Of a stretch of 64,000 nt of DNA, positions 1 to 12,061 are shown in pieces. The translations under genes and the position numbers were made by a program. Every line of letters begins with the position of its first letter. The first letter of the stretch is position 1. The notes under the pieces were generated by a model. The model was not told the DNA's origin. It did not search any database and saw nothing but the letters and a program-made list of their open reading frames with translations. This DNA comes from Catajapyx aquilonaris. Lineage: Eukaryota. The stretch lies in contig KZ538333.1 in assembly GCA_000934665.2 (NCBI GenBank), positions 1-64,000 on the forward strand, written 5' to 3'.

Positions 1-1006
1 GGCTCGCCCTGGCCTTACCGTTCGTCTCTCAGGAAAACTGCTTATACCCTCGGAATAAGGATTTCTTGCCCGATTTTTAGAACACAACTTGTATTTTAAG
101 TGGAGTGTCCAACCTGTACTGCTGTACAGCTCTACTGTGAGCAATTAAACTTTCAAATATTGCACACGACGCACTTTTTTTTTTACATTACAAACAACTG
201 AAAGTAAAGATGTTTTTTTTGTTGTACTTGTTTTGTTTTACACTATCTTGTTGGCAGCCATGAAAGCCTTTCATACCATTTGGCTCATTCAAATCTCGAT
301 CCAAATCTAGACGCAAATGAGGTGGGACTGCCAAGTAAGACCACAAATTTTGCTTGAGAGGAGGTAGTGATCATGAGTCCACACCAGTCACCACGGTCCG
401 CACATTTTCAGCATGTTGGCACAGCTCCAGTGATCCATATGCCGCCACAGCTTGCTAATCACAATCCATATCACCCAATGAGGATCATAAACTTTTATAG
501 CTTTTATGGACAGCTGATTGTGTACTACGGTACAGTACTGTAATGGGCCTGCTGTGTCGTCATCCAGCCTGCTCCACGGCGAGGTGTCTGAACGCGCCCC
601 GAAATGCGCTGTAGCCTGTGGTGCCATCTGGCGTGCAGTGTGTGGAAGAGGCCCATCCCCCGAGCAGCCCACCAACCCCTGCCCTCCACTCGCTTTGCAA
701 CAACCGTACGGACTGTGCCCGGCATCATTACGAGAGGCAGGCAATGAGATCTGCGGTCCAGGCCCGGAACCACCACCACCAGGAGGAGGAGGGTGGGCAC
801 AGCACAGTCCAGGGGCAGCCCTCCACCCATCACCCCTGCTGAAAAGGGCAAAGGCGCCGGATTCTGCCAACAGTCCTCGATTGGTCAACAGCATCTCCAA
901 AAGCTATGAGTCATTCCAGTGCAGGTCTGTGTTGTACTGCAGCTGGTGGCTGTGCTGTGCAAGGCACTGGCTGACTGGGTTGGATTGTTGCAGGGTGCCA
1001 TGCGTG

Positions 1007-4000
1007 ATGGATGCTAACGGAGGAGGAGGAGGCAGAGGAGCAGCCAGGGGGCTGTCCATCCCGGACAGGGTCGCACAGATCTACTACTCCCACGGGGTGT
1101 TCTGCGCCAGTCATCCCGTACCTGTTATACTACTCACCCTTGTTGTTATCATATGCTGCTGGTGAGTATCAGGTCTGTTACTGGCAGGGAAATGCTGCAG
1201 CATTATATCAGACTATTTTAGGAAAGATAGGCATGCGACTGCCAGTTATTATGACCACCCACTTGAGCCACCCTAGCTTTAGGATGGAGATGCATAGTTG
1301 CTTTGGATTTGGAATTTTAGTTAAAGCATGCGTGTTGCGTATATTACCACAATATTGTGTGTGTGTGTGTGTGGGNGGGGGGGGACAACACAGAAACAGA
1401 TGCATTGCAAGAAAGAAAACATGGATTATGATGCCTAAAGAATAGCTTTATATAATATTGTGATTTGTTGATAATACTGTTCAGAAATAACACATGACAT
1501 GTGAACGAATTCAGAAGGAAGTAAACAGATGCAAAGTTGATAAATCATTACGGAGTGCATCCTGGCTAAAATTTTACCTGTCCTTTTTTCCCCAGCTGTC
1601 CTCTTGTAAATCTGCCTCTTCCTGGCAATGTCCCGCAAGAATTTGCAACTCCCCTTGCCAACTACACCATCCCTCCGACTGACTACTCTGAATCCTCTTA
1701 CGGCAATGATGGCGGTGTTGGAAGCAACCCATCTCCTCATCTTCTTCCACCACAACCCCGCTTCCCTCGCTGGTACCGTGGCCCTCCAATGGGCTACGTG
1801 CAGCAGCTGGTTGTTCGTACTACGGTCTCTCCCTGGACCAAAGACCTGATACTCACAGATGCCTTCCGAGCTCCGTTGGCACAGGTGTTTCGCCTTCTGG
1901 AATCCCTCGGGAACTTCCAACTAACTGGAAATTCATCTGGGAAGAGCAATTTGGCTGATGTTTGTTTACATGTGGAGGGTGTGAAGCCAAAGGTGCTGCA
2001 GGAAGTGAGGTTCCTCTTTCCAGAGTACAACTGCCTGGTGCTGTCTCCAGCTAATTTTTGGGGGCAGAGCCTCATGAGGTATCAGGAAGACCCAGACATC
2101 ATTGGGACAATTTTTTCATATCAGGTAAGCTCAGAGTTCGAGTTACATCATAAGTAAGGATAATAATTCTCTTGCTTCTAATGAGGGTTTAGAATAGAGA
2201 TTGACTTGTTCATCTGTGCAATATGATTCACTGCTTATGCAAACTAGGGAATGTTCATTTGCACTGAATATGCTTTATTTCCTGAGTAGTAACCAAGGTC
2301 ACTGGATTGTTTTATTATGATCAAAATACTGCAGTAAAATGTTTTAGATCTGATAGATACCATACTTATGAGAAAACAGCATGTAGCGTAGCTCTCTGGA
2401 AATTCTAGACAAACTAAGAACCCTCTAAATTACCTGCAGGGAATTAAGGTGGGGATATAGAGAATCCGGACTTCTTCGAGTTCCAACTCTGGCCGAAAGA
2501 GGAGACTCTGGATCCCACCCTCCCTACACAAAAGAAGGGTCTCTTTGCGGTAGACCATTCCCTCTAGGCACAATAAAAACCGTGAAAATTAGGGTTCCCC
2601 CTACTTCTAGTAGTTCTCAAATCAGTCAAATTTTGACAAAATTATTATTTGTCAGAAGGTTACAGCTAAACATAAAAATTGGCTTCATTGGTCAGGAGCA
2701 CCAATTTTTTCGCATTTTTGGGTGCTTGTTACAACATCACTTAAAATTTCATGACGGCTTAAATTACTCTCGTATGCAAATGACTTTTAAAAATACTAGG
2801 GCCGTTTTCTCGAACAGTGGTTCAAATGTACACCGGGTTCAAAGCCAGTTTAATCTCTGATTTGATTGTTGTTAGGCTGTTGTCAAGGGTTTAAACCGGG
2901 TTTGAACCGGGTTTACATTTGAACCACTGTTCGAGAAAACGGCCCTAATAATATGGGAAAAGTACCACACACATGTGTAAGAGAGAGGTCAGTTACACTT
3001 CCACAAAAAAAAATCGGTTCTGCTGTTGTTAGCGAGATTTTTACTCCCCAATTCTCTTTATCCTCCCCTTAAATTTAAACTCAAGAAGTTTGACGGAAGT
3101 ATTAAAACATCTGCATATGTTGTGTTAACTTGATGTACTAGTCATAGTAGATGAGTCATATTCCATGAACTCTCGCCTTATCAAGAAACCAGAGCACATT
3201 GGTGTGCATGTGACGTGGTTTACCCAGTGAATGGACGATCACCATATGCACATTGCATTACTTATTTCACACACACACGCGCACACCCACAGATCATGCT
3301 TTGTAAAACTGAAAGCTGACGCACCATGCAGTTTAGGAAATACTCATCTAGTGTCATGTTTAACATTCCAGTACAATACGTGCCGTTGAATCTCAGTCTG
3401 GATGGTGGTTTTTTATTGTGCCATTTGCTCCACATCCAGGGTTCACAAAAGGGGAAGAACAGCCTGGCAGACCTGTTTCTTGGAATGAATGTGAAGGAGA
3501 CTGGCTTCAAGCGATACCCGATCCGGACAAAACAAAGGACGCTCACCTACGCCGTCACCATTGTCTTCAAGGACTTTGATATGGAGTGAGTAATGCAGCT
3601 GCTGCATTCCAATTCAACCAGGATTTTTGAAACCTGTTTTTTTTGTATGCTTCAGATAAGGGCTGCGGTTTATATGGGAGGGGAGGGTAGCAATATGTTA
3701 GCATAGTGAATTGCTAATTTTAAAATTCAAAAAACAGTAACGTGCTGTTTTTAGAGGTTGAAATGTAAATCTTGTAGTGAGGCAAGTTCAGCTTCAGTTC
3801 CAAGAGCACATTGGTGCCATTCTGAGCATATGGAGTGTTCTTAAAACCCCAACTGTCAATTATTTGTTGCCTTGTTGGCATCTGAGACCCAGGCCAATGT
3901 GATGAACTTTGAGAGGACATAAGGGCCCTGTGGTTGGGCAGGTAGGGAAGCATATGGTTGCAATACTTCGGCTTCACATTTTGAAATGCAAGATTGACAC

Positions 4001-7000
4001 AACACTTGTACAGTAGCCTGCAATACCTGTGTTTGCTCTCAAACTCAGCCTTTAGAAACCCAATATTGGAACCTGTGATTGTGTGACTGGCCTGTAGTGT
4101 TGATAATAATGATGACAACAATAATCTCTTTACAGGTATGTTGAAGGCCTGAAATCCCATCTTACTTCAACATACACCTTGCAACACCATGAGAATCGGA
4201 CTGGATCTCGGCCTGTTGCACAAGAGATGCATCACATCCACTTTGCATCCCAGTTCAGCTTACTGGAGCTGATACCCTTATCAGTCACCTACTGCATACT
4301 GTTTTTATATGTGTACTTCTCTGTGCGGAAGATCGAACTAGTGAAAAGCAAGCTTGGGATGGCATTAAGTGCATTAGTGACTGTGGTTGCCTCTCTGTGT
4401 ATGTCAGTAGGCATATGCACATTCTTTGGGCTCAGCTTTGCTCTTAATGGGAATGAAATTTTCCCATACCTGGTAGTAATAATTGGGCTTGAGAATATTG
4501 TGGTGTTGACAAAATCAGTGGTGTCAACCCCAGCACACCTGGATGTCAAAATACGTGTTGCACAGGGACTAAGTCGTGAAGGATGGAGCATCACAAAGAA
4601 CCTTTTAACTGAAGTTACCATTTTGACTGTTGGGTTCTTTACATTTGTACCTGCTATACAGGAATTCTGTATATTCGCCGTGGTTGGACTTTTGTCTGAT
4701 TTTTTCTTGCAAATGCTTTTCTTTGCTACACTCTTGTCTATTGATATACGTCGAATGGAGCAGCAAGATTTGCCTTCTCGACCGCAACACAATCCTGCAC
4801 CACTCTTTCGTTCACCAGTGCTTGGTTCGAGGGTCCACCTCGTCCGTACCAAGTCAAGTTCACAACTGAATGGGACCATAGGACCAACCAGTGTAGTTGC
4901 ACCACCATGCAATACCCCAATACTGGTGAAGCTCCCGAAACGTCTGCGACTGGTGTACTTCTGGGCAAGGACTCGCATATTTCAGCGGGCTTTTATGGTC
5001 TTTATGGTGGTGTGGATTTCAATCATGATATACAGGTATGGAAAATACTGCATATACCTCACTTTGTGGTGGATTATTGTGAATTAACCCATTTGTTCCT
5101 AGCATCCTATATATAGGACAGTAGAAGAAAAAAAATAATCTTGAAGTTGTGCATATAAATCACAGAATTAGCAAGCTGAACAACTTCATGAAAGTCTAAT
5201 CAAGTGGGAGAATGCAGATACAGTAAAACTTCTTTAAGTTGAATCTCCATGGGACCGGAAAAAAACTTCGAATTGTAGAAGTTTGGATATTTTTTAAAGC
5301 ACAGAACTCTATAAGGAAGCTTACCTTTATATCCAGCAATGAAAGGTGCTCAAATCTTAAAAATAACTGTCACTATCACACTTACAATGTTCCTCGTTGT
5401 TTCGTTGTAAAAAAAACTCAATTATGGACATTTGTCTACTCTTAGATTCAAGGATTCAATTGTCACAACGATCGAGTCAAACACTTCTTTCGGTACGTCT
5501 GGTAGACGGGAGATCTGGAAATTGAGCCTTTCTGTACATGTGGCCTACTCTCGACCCTTCGACTTGGAAATGAGAAAATTTTCCATACTCGCCAACATGA
5601 ACTTGGACTTAGGGAGACTGAAAATGCATTGATATCCCATCGTAAGGCCCTGCCTGCACTTCGAGTTATGGAGAACTTCGAGTTATAGGAATTCGAGTTA
5701 GGGAAGTTTATTTCCTATTATTTTACATTGTGACCAACCAAGCTCATAATTTTCTTCGACTTATAGAGAACTTAGACTTAGGGAAGTTCGACTTATAAAT
5801 TAGAAGTTTTACTGTACATCATATTTCAGTGATTGCATCAGCCCCAATTACAAGTTGAATTTTGGGAAATTGGCCAATTTCAGAACAGGAGCAATTGAGT
5901 TGTTATTTCCTTGAATTATAAATACTTATACAGCTTTGAAAAATAAATGCGGTGTTCGACTGTTGCAAGAAAGGTTGTGGAAAGCTACCGTAAAATATTT
6001 ACATTGTTGGCCTTGAGTGGCGAATGGCAGCAAGGGAAACAATGGTGCCCTACAATCCAGATACTTTTGATAGCCATTAAAGTAACTGCTTAAATTTTGT
6101 AGATTAGTGCTAACAACAGCCACAGCAATGGGAAAAGACAGTATTTTAGATCACTCTGTATAGTCAGGTGTTACAGAGTGCAACTTGGAACCCATACTTT
6201 CCAAGATGAAAAAAGAGAAAGGCCTTCGAAAAATTTATGAAACTCGATATAATGGGCTGAAATACCTGAATTATTGGGATATAATACTATTCCATCATTG
6301 CACTGCACCATTTAATGTGGGAACTGCCACATTGCATTGCATGTAAAGTGAAGCAATGAGTGGAGAAAAAATTATACAGATTGTCCTAGTGTTCCATATG
6401 GAACGCCTGGTAACTTTTGTTGTAATTAAAATTTTATTCGGAACTATTTTTAAATATCTTAGTTTCTGTCTTATAATAACGCATGACTTAAAATCTTATT
6501 ACAATATCATACATATATCAACCTTGGGAACAAATTGGTTAACATACAATGAATAATCACTGTTGTAGATAAGTGCATAGAACGGTTTTTATCCAGGTCA
6601 GGGATCGTGGAGCACCTGCACTATGACATGGATGACGTGGACTTGCCTGAGTTCAGACCACCAATGGCATCTCCACAAGTGAAAAACATGTCACTTGACA
6701 TCCCTCTGAAAGCCCTGTCCTCTCTGAGGTGGATGAATGAGACAGCGGAGACCCCTGAGCTGAGGTTTGGTTCGGGATGGCCGTCTGTGTCTGCCCAGCA
6801 CTGGCCCACTGTGTTTGGAATATACAACATGTCACTGGCAGGGAGTTACATTAGCTTACTCCCACCCATTCAGTTGTCTGTGTCGGTGGATCCGGAGGTT
6901 GCCTTGTCACTGAGGCATATTCAAGAGGAAAAGGCCAGCAAGCATTTTAACTGGCAGGCACTGGCAGCTGCACTTGATCCCATGGAACTTTCAGGTGAGC

Positions 7001-10000
7001 TGATTCATAGAGCTAATTTTGTTCGGAAGTTATTGCACTTGGCATAAAATAGCACATTGTTATTTTTCCTAATATTTGCTTGATGACAATGTACTGCTCT
7101 TTATCTGCAGACTCATCTGATATCCGGCCTCCTGTTTCGGGCAAGGGAAAGGATGCCAACCCTTTTGTGCCAACGTCTCCAGCAGAGTTCATTCTTATGG
7201 CCGTCTTTGTCATCCCAAGTGTAATATTTGTGGCCTATCTTGTCTCTGTTTTGTATCGTTGCATTTGCACCCGCAACTATGCAGAATGGAGGGCCAGCTG
7301 GGGAGGAGAGGATGGTGGAGTGGCCGGGGGAGCAGGAGGGGGAGATGGAGGAAGGTCAGGGGTGGGTGGCAGTGGAGGGGACGCCTACACACAGGTGGTG
7401 ATGGAGGCACCCCCTCTGCAGCTGGAAGGCCACCCGCAAGACGTGGAATGTTTGGCTACAGATGGGACGGTAGTGGTCAGTTCCTGTTTGGCTGGTCAAC
7501 TGAGGGTGTGGGACTCCCAGACAGGGGAATGTTTGGCCAAGATTGACCGTAGAGCGTGAGTGTAATTTAATTATCTAAATTTGTATTATTTTGCTGAGGG
7601 AGTGATATCGGTCTATAATGGATCCCTGATTCACTGGCAACTTACCCATTGCAGAATATTTATTAGGTTCTGTTGGAAAATCTTCGCTATTTTTTCTCTC
7701 GTATATAACAGAAACCTGTTCTGTAAGGAATGTTTTTGCTAACCAGGGTGAGTCTTCTACACGCAGATTTCACAGGATCTTCAATAGCAAAATGCTACCA
7801 AATCTCAATGATTCAGCTGGAAATCAGACCTTCCTCATAAAGGAGGCACTTTCTATCTTTTCTGCAGTGTGATTTAAAACTCTCTTGATCCAGTGCTCTA
7901 CACCAGGGAAAACCTGAGCAGTGATCTTAAATTTATTGGTCACATGTATTAAAAACACCAGCAGGTGATAATGTAATTAAGCGAGATTGACCGAAGCAGG
8001 TTGGTGTATGGGTTTAGGAGCGAGACTGCTAATCGGGAGGTCCTGGGTTCGGATCCCGGGGCCGGCGACCCTGACCGTGGTTTTCTGTGGTTTCCCATGG
8101 TCCCCCCAGGATAATTCCGTAAAAATAGGCTACAGCCACTTCCTTCCTTCCCTATCCTTGATCCCATCCAATGGTGGTATTCCACACCCTGCCATCCCTG
8201 GCTACTCCGTACAGGGACATAGCCTTGAAGTAAATTAATGTACATATCTGTGTGTAAGCTTTTCTTTACACATGAATTGCAGTGTATTTCTTCGTGGTTT
8301 TAAATGAAAATGGCATATTCCCAGTGTGTTCATAGCTGCCACATTTACCCGTGAGAAGCCCTGCCCACTGAGCCCAGATGGAACGCCTAATGGAGCAGAA
8401 GATGTGACTAGCGAGTGTGGCTCTCCTTCATGCTGCCATCCCAAGAGATTTTCAACAGCCTCCTCAGACCTAGAGGAAGACACCTCTGAGTTGGGCCTTG
8501 GTGGGAGGCGGCGAGTTGGATCCCGTCTCTCTCACTTAGTCCCAGACTTAAGTTCTACCATAGAAACAGACTTTGCATCAATTTCTAATCAGTCTAGGAC
8601 GGCCACGCGTAGTGGCTATGACTTTGGGCGGTTTGAGGAATTGTTTGAAGTGCATCGGAGGCAGCAGAATGGCTTGATTGATGCCAAGGAGGACAGTGGG
8701 AGTGATGGTTGTGATGCAGGGCTTGGGAGGAGTCCTCCCCATGCGGGATTTTATGTGCAAGGAGATGGGGATGAGGAGGAAGGGGGTTGTGGTGCAAGTC
8801 AGTGGAGACCAGGGCACAGGAGGAACTTGAGTGCAGGGGAGGTTGAGGTGGACGGGGGCAATGGGGGTGGGAGACTGAAGGATGCTCCTCCTGTTTGGTG
8901 CATGGACTGTCAGGATGGACTGGTGGCCTTGGGGTGTGGTAATGGGAGGATTGAATTCTGGGAGGCCTCTGCTGGAAAACTTAAGGTAACTGCATGAATG
9001 TGTTACATTTGGGTTTCCTCAGGGTTTTCTCTCCTGCAATCAAAATCCGTCACAATGTAGTTAATGAATTAATTTGGGAATTAGCCAATGACCTATTGCT
9101 GGATACTCATTATTAGTGTAAAGTTTAGACCTATGAGTGTATTGTGGTTAATGATTTCCAAGTACTACATTTGATACTGTCTTGTGATTCGTTTTTAGTG
9201 AGAATAACCTTTAAATTAGCTTCTTCTCTCCAAATTACAACAGTGTGTGTATGATGATGGTAGTGACGTAGGAGTGACCTCAGTGAAGCTTGTGGGCAAC
9301 CGTACCGTAACTGCAAGACTCAATGGAATGTTGGACTTCCTAGAACTGAGCAGCTTTCGACATGGGCACCCAGTTGAATGGAGTCATACACCTCATAGGC
9401 GAAGTATGCAATACCTTTTATGATTTCCTTGTTTTTGTTTTAATGGTGATGCCCTAGACACATCAGTGTTAGATGCAAATACAGTTATGGCCGAATGTTA
9501 CAACTTGAGTTCTGACACTGTCTTTCTTTTCAAAGTGCTGGAGGCCAGCTAGACATAATGCCTCCAGCATTGCTAAGTGATAATGAGTTATCATTGTCTA
9601 CATTTGCATAAAAATTAATAATGAACTGAATTATTGTAATTGGTCGTCACATGGACATGTATGTATACAAGTAATATAGAAAGGTGTTTTTAAAATGTGA
9701 ACAAATTTGAATGGGAGGTAGGGAACACCAAGCCTTTATCCTCAATGAATGTATGGCTGCTGGCATCATGCTTCTGTGCTAGAGGGTGCTGACAGATATT
9801 GGTGGAGCTGGTACATACTGGAAGCAAGTGTGAACAACATATCTATAAAAAGAAAGTGATCCAAGATGGGACTGGGCAACAGCATTTCATGCACGATGGT
9901 GTCAGAGAATTGATTTCTGTATATTTTCAAAGATTCCTAGTGGTGGCAACAGCAATTCTTGTGACGAGGTCTTCCCCTGAATCAATGCCATCCCAGCAGT

Positions 10001-12061
10001 CATAAAATCTTCATGTTACATGCCTGGTGTCCCATTTACAAATGCTGACTGCTAACGCAGGTCCAGAGTCTGTTCCCATTTCCCCTCTCTAGCAAAATAC
10101 TAAACAGACAAAGGATGACGTCAGCAGGCATACATTCAATTACCAAAAAAAATGCTTACCTTGGTGTTTCCTAATTCCCATTGAGATTTGTACGCATAGA
10201 TTGTAACCACCTGTATTTATCTTTGCAATTAAAAACGAAATTTTCACACTCTTAGTGTGCATGAAAATATGTGAGTATTGACACCCATGCTAAAAACCAG
10301 TTGAGGCTAACCATCTCATCATATTTGAATCGACTGCCATTTATTTGAAAACTGTTGCGTTATGCAAACTTCTCTTCTCTAGGTCATGTAAGAACAGGCA
10401 GTGCAGGCTCCATTGAATGGTCATCATCTCTTCCACTGGAAGAAGAGAAGATGCGTTGTCAGTGTTTAGGCTCCCGCCGTGCTCACCAGCAAGCAATAGT
10501 GGTGTTGGACTGTGAGGGGGGACGAGTGGTGTCTGGCAGCCAGGACCACACGTTAAAAGTTCATCGACTTGAGGATCAACTGGCCCTATACACTTTGCAT
10601 GGACACTGTGGGCCCATCACCTGCCTCTTCATTGACCACATGTCTCCCATGACCTCAGGAAGTGGAAGCCAGGATGGGATGCTGTGTGTGTGGGATCTGC
10701 TGACAGGAACTTGCGTGTACAGCATCCAGGCTCATGACGGGAGTGTCACTGCACTGACCTACTCAGCTAGCTATGTAATCAGCATGGGGGCTGATGAGAA
10801 GCTGTGTGTATGGGAGAGGTTCCAGGGACATCTTCTCAACACAATACAGCTGGTGGGCAAGACTAGTTTATTTTAATTTTATAACGAAACATGATGGCAA
10901 AAGTGTTGTCCTTTATGTGCTAGCTATATTTCGGAATTGTAGGTGAGTTTGGGTGGCATAAAAAGAGAGAAATAATGTTTCAAGTGACAATTTGCCATTG
11001 AGCTAGTGAGATCTGATATGTCATGATATAGCGTTATAACATCATGCTATTAGGTGCCTCTTGTCAAGATAGCCAGTCTTTTATGACTTTATTTGCCTGT
11101 GATGCAGGAAAAAATAATGCCTTCATGCTGTAGATTATAAAGGGAGTCAGAAATATTGTTGGAATGTAAGCAAATATACAAGACAGGCAGTTGTAATGTC
11201 ATGGGTTTCATCCATTATTTATCTGGCTAAATGTACTGAATATTATTTGCAGCCTGACAATGATAAATGGGGCTATACCAGTGTCATAACTGCTTGCTTC
11301 ATATACCTTATTTCTTAGGTCTGCATTAGTTGGTAGTAGTCAGTGACTTGATCTTTTAGAACCTATGTTATTCACAAATATTCTACTACTCGTCACACTC
11401 AATTCTTCAAAAATGTATTGTCCGCATACAAATGAAGTCCACCAAGTCCAAAGTTCCAGCTTTGAGATATTCAAAGGCAAAGATTTGAACTTGCAATTTC
11501 CTTCATGCTAATGGTGACAGAAAATCCACTCTTCCTGGTTCCTTATAAATCTTTATGATTAAATGGACTTCACCAGCTGATAGAGCACATAAAATGCTGC
11601 TTAGGGGTGTAAATAACTCAAACTCTCCAGAATAGGACTTAAACGTTAGTGTGTTTTACCTGTATTATGATAATATTATCATGCCTGATGTTCTAGAGTA
11701 ATTTATTCTTGGATCTTCACATTTCTTTTCAGACCCACACTTTTTGCTGCAGTCTGATAATGCTAACATACAACCTTCTTATCACCAGCAAGCAGGTAAA
11801 TCTGAAAGTTCTTGCTCATTTCAGTTAGTGTAGGTTATAAATATTGGGTTTTCATCCTATTATTGTCACTATGTCTTGCAGGGTTCTCTGGTGGTGTGGG
11901 ACGTCCGTCAGGGTGAAGCAGTAAGAGTTGTGCGCCTGGGGCACAGTGATGGCAGTGTGTTTGTGCGTCAAATGGTTGCACTGGGAGATGGTGTTGTGTG
12001 TGATTATGGTAATCAGCTGAGGTTGATTCAATTCCCATTAGTTGCACATAAGACAGACTGA
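1007..12061 (+). CDS. SCAP: SREBP cleavage-activating protein (sterol-sensing domain + WD40 repeats), 11 coding exons, ~1368 aa
   Basis: Exons 1007-1161, 1596-2124, 3440-3585, 4136-5035, 6597-6994, 7111-7555, 8325-8985, 9244-9403, 10383-10852, 11733-11795, 11882-12061; all GT-AG, phases match, total 4107 nt. Motifs: RVAQIYYSHGVFCASHP, PLVNLPLPG, CLVLSPANFW, YVYFSVRKIELVKSKLG, EIFPYLVVIIGLENI, IQEFCIFAVVGLLSDFFLQM, SIDIRRME; WD40 repeats LEGHPQDVECLATDG, VVSGSQDHTLKV, LHGHCGPITCL. Confidence 0.96.
2448..3068. mobile_element. Non-autonomous DNA transposon (MITE) with TTAA target-site duplication and GG...CC termini (Kolobok-like)
   Basis: Left end TTAA-GGTGGGGATATAGAGAAT (TTAA 2444-2447); right end ATTCTCTTTATCCTCCCC-TTAA (TTAA 3069-3072), whose reverse complement is TTAA-GGGGAGGATAAAGAGAAT (3 mismatches). 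No transposase. In SCAP intron 2. Superfamily inferred from TSD and termini only. Confidence 0.65.
2799..2945. mobile_element. Short fold-back MITE (Tourist/PIF-Harbinger-like), nested in the element above
   Basis: Perfect terminal inverted repeat GGGCCGTTTTCTCGAACAGTGGTTCAAATGTA ... TACATTTGAACCACTGTTCGAGAAAACGGCCC, with further imperfect pairing inward; flanked by CTA and TAA. Confidence 0.8.
5221..5814. mobile_element. Tc1/mariner-pogo type MITE
   Basis: TA-CAGTAAAACTTCT ... AGAAGTTTTACTG-TA (13-bp TIR, TA TSD), with subterminal TTCGAGTTA/TTCGACTTA repeats at ~5660-5797. In SCAP intron 4. Confidence 0.75.
7995..8238 (+). mobile_element. tRNA-derived SINE
   Basis: Pol III A box-like TGGTGTATGGG (8002-8012), anticodon-arm-like GACTGCTAATC, B box GGTTCGGATCC (8046-8056), then a non-tRNA body (GGTTTTCTGTGGTTTCCC...AGGCTACAGCCACTTCCTTCC) resembling arthropod SINE bodies and an AT-rich end. 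In SCAP intron 6. Confidence 0.75.

Noticed and set aside
4289..4978. 229-aa minus-strand ORF
   Set aside because: Antisense shadow of SCAP exon 4 with no recognisable domain.
7995..8068. Functional tRNA-Ser gene
   Set aside because: No convincing acceptor stem, serine variable arm or poly-T terminator; continues into a SINE body.
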